IMG/VR virus record: IMGVR_UViG_3300017769_000001
Coordinates: 32,001-96,000 of that record
DNA length: 64,000 nucleotides
Strand: one strand, 5' to 3'
DNA from: a virus
The position numbers were made by a program, and so were the translations under genes. Shown here piece by piece: positions 63,674 to 64,000 of the stretch (the stretch's first letter is position 1; each line of letters begins with the position of its first letter). Under the pieces are notes generated by a model. It made no database searches. It saw nothing but the letters and a program-made list of their open reading frames with translations, and had not been told where the DNA came from.

Positions 63674-63856
63674 ATGAGTAAAAAAGCCGTGCCAGTTAAA
63701 ACCGAAGACCTGAAAGAAGAAGACCGCATTTACTTGTCAATGGTCAAAATAAACCGGCTCGTGCAGAACGAGATTCGAAGATGCGAATACTTAGAATCCT
63801 GTCTGACGAGCCTTAGTAAGAATATTGACGAGTCTAACCAAAGGAAATCTGGCTGA
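63674..63856 (+). CDS. Small late hypothetical protein
   Basis: TAAATA promoter and GGAG RBS before MSKKAV. Confidence 0.5.
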   Translation: MSKKAVPVKTEDLKEEDRIYLSMVKINRLVQNEIRRCEYLESCLTSLSKNIDESNQRKSG

Positions 63857-64000
63857 ATCCGTTACTCTTCGTAACAGTCCATACCATATCACACTTATCG
63901 TCAAACTCTCCGCTGTGGCTTACCAGCAGCACTTTATCGAAGCGATCAGAAATCAATCTGAATACGTTTCTCTTCGATTGTCCGTCCAAGGCAGAATCGA
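63834..64000 (-). CDS. 46: 3' end of recombination ATPase gp46 (Rad50/SbcC-like), partial
   Basis: Hand translation DSALDG..VLLVSH..VTKSNGFSQISFG* gives the D-loop, H-loop and K..GFS tail. Confidence 0.8.
   Translation of the reverse strand, partial: DSALDGQSKRNVFRLISDRFDKVLLVSHSGEFDDKCDMVWTVTKSNGFSQISFG

Noticed and set aside
1-64000. Stop-codon reassignment
   Set aside because: Core genes are intact in code 11, all three stops are used, and no suppressor anticodon was seen

Overview
64 kb of a large T4-like (myovirus-type) dsDNA phage, probably of a gammaproteobacterial host (sigma70 promoters, boxA, DnaA and IHF consensus sites). It has five parts. (1) 1-15 kb: replication and neck/tail genes (dNMP kinase, gp45-like, gp32, gp4, gp15, gp14, gp13), followed by a tandem array of small proteins, mostly ART-fold, that share an N-terminal M[RK]VE[ED][IL]FE leader and are probably capsid-packaged effectors. 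(2) 15-20.7 kb: accessory ORFs including a porin-like protein. (3) 20.7-28.5 kb: a minus-strand RNA operon of about 22 tRNA genes covering all 20 amino acids, interleaved with more than 10 unexplained structured or tRNA-mimic RNAs and headed by an ~885-nt giant structured RNA. (4) 28.5-50.5 kb: early accessory genes (rIIA/rIIB, MoxR-vWA, phosphatases, PagP-like) under repeated promoter cassettes, an ~600-nt structured leader, and an oriC-like IHF / AT-rich / DnaA-box locus. (5) 50.6-64 kb: head module (gp68, gp23, gp22, gp21, gp67-like, gp20, gp2), Dda, RNase H, prim-pol, RuvC and gp46. The top candidate for a new system sits just upstream of the first tRNA. It is an unannotated 38-codon leader peptide (25807-25923) using 19 of the 20 amino acids. 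Its last codons form an antiterminator that is mutually exclusive with an intrinsic terminator. This is the layout of a pan-amino-acid ribosome-stalling attenuator that would switch on the phage tRNA set when host tRNAs are depleted. All family and structure calls are by-eye recognition; no searches or folding programs were run.
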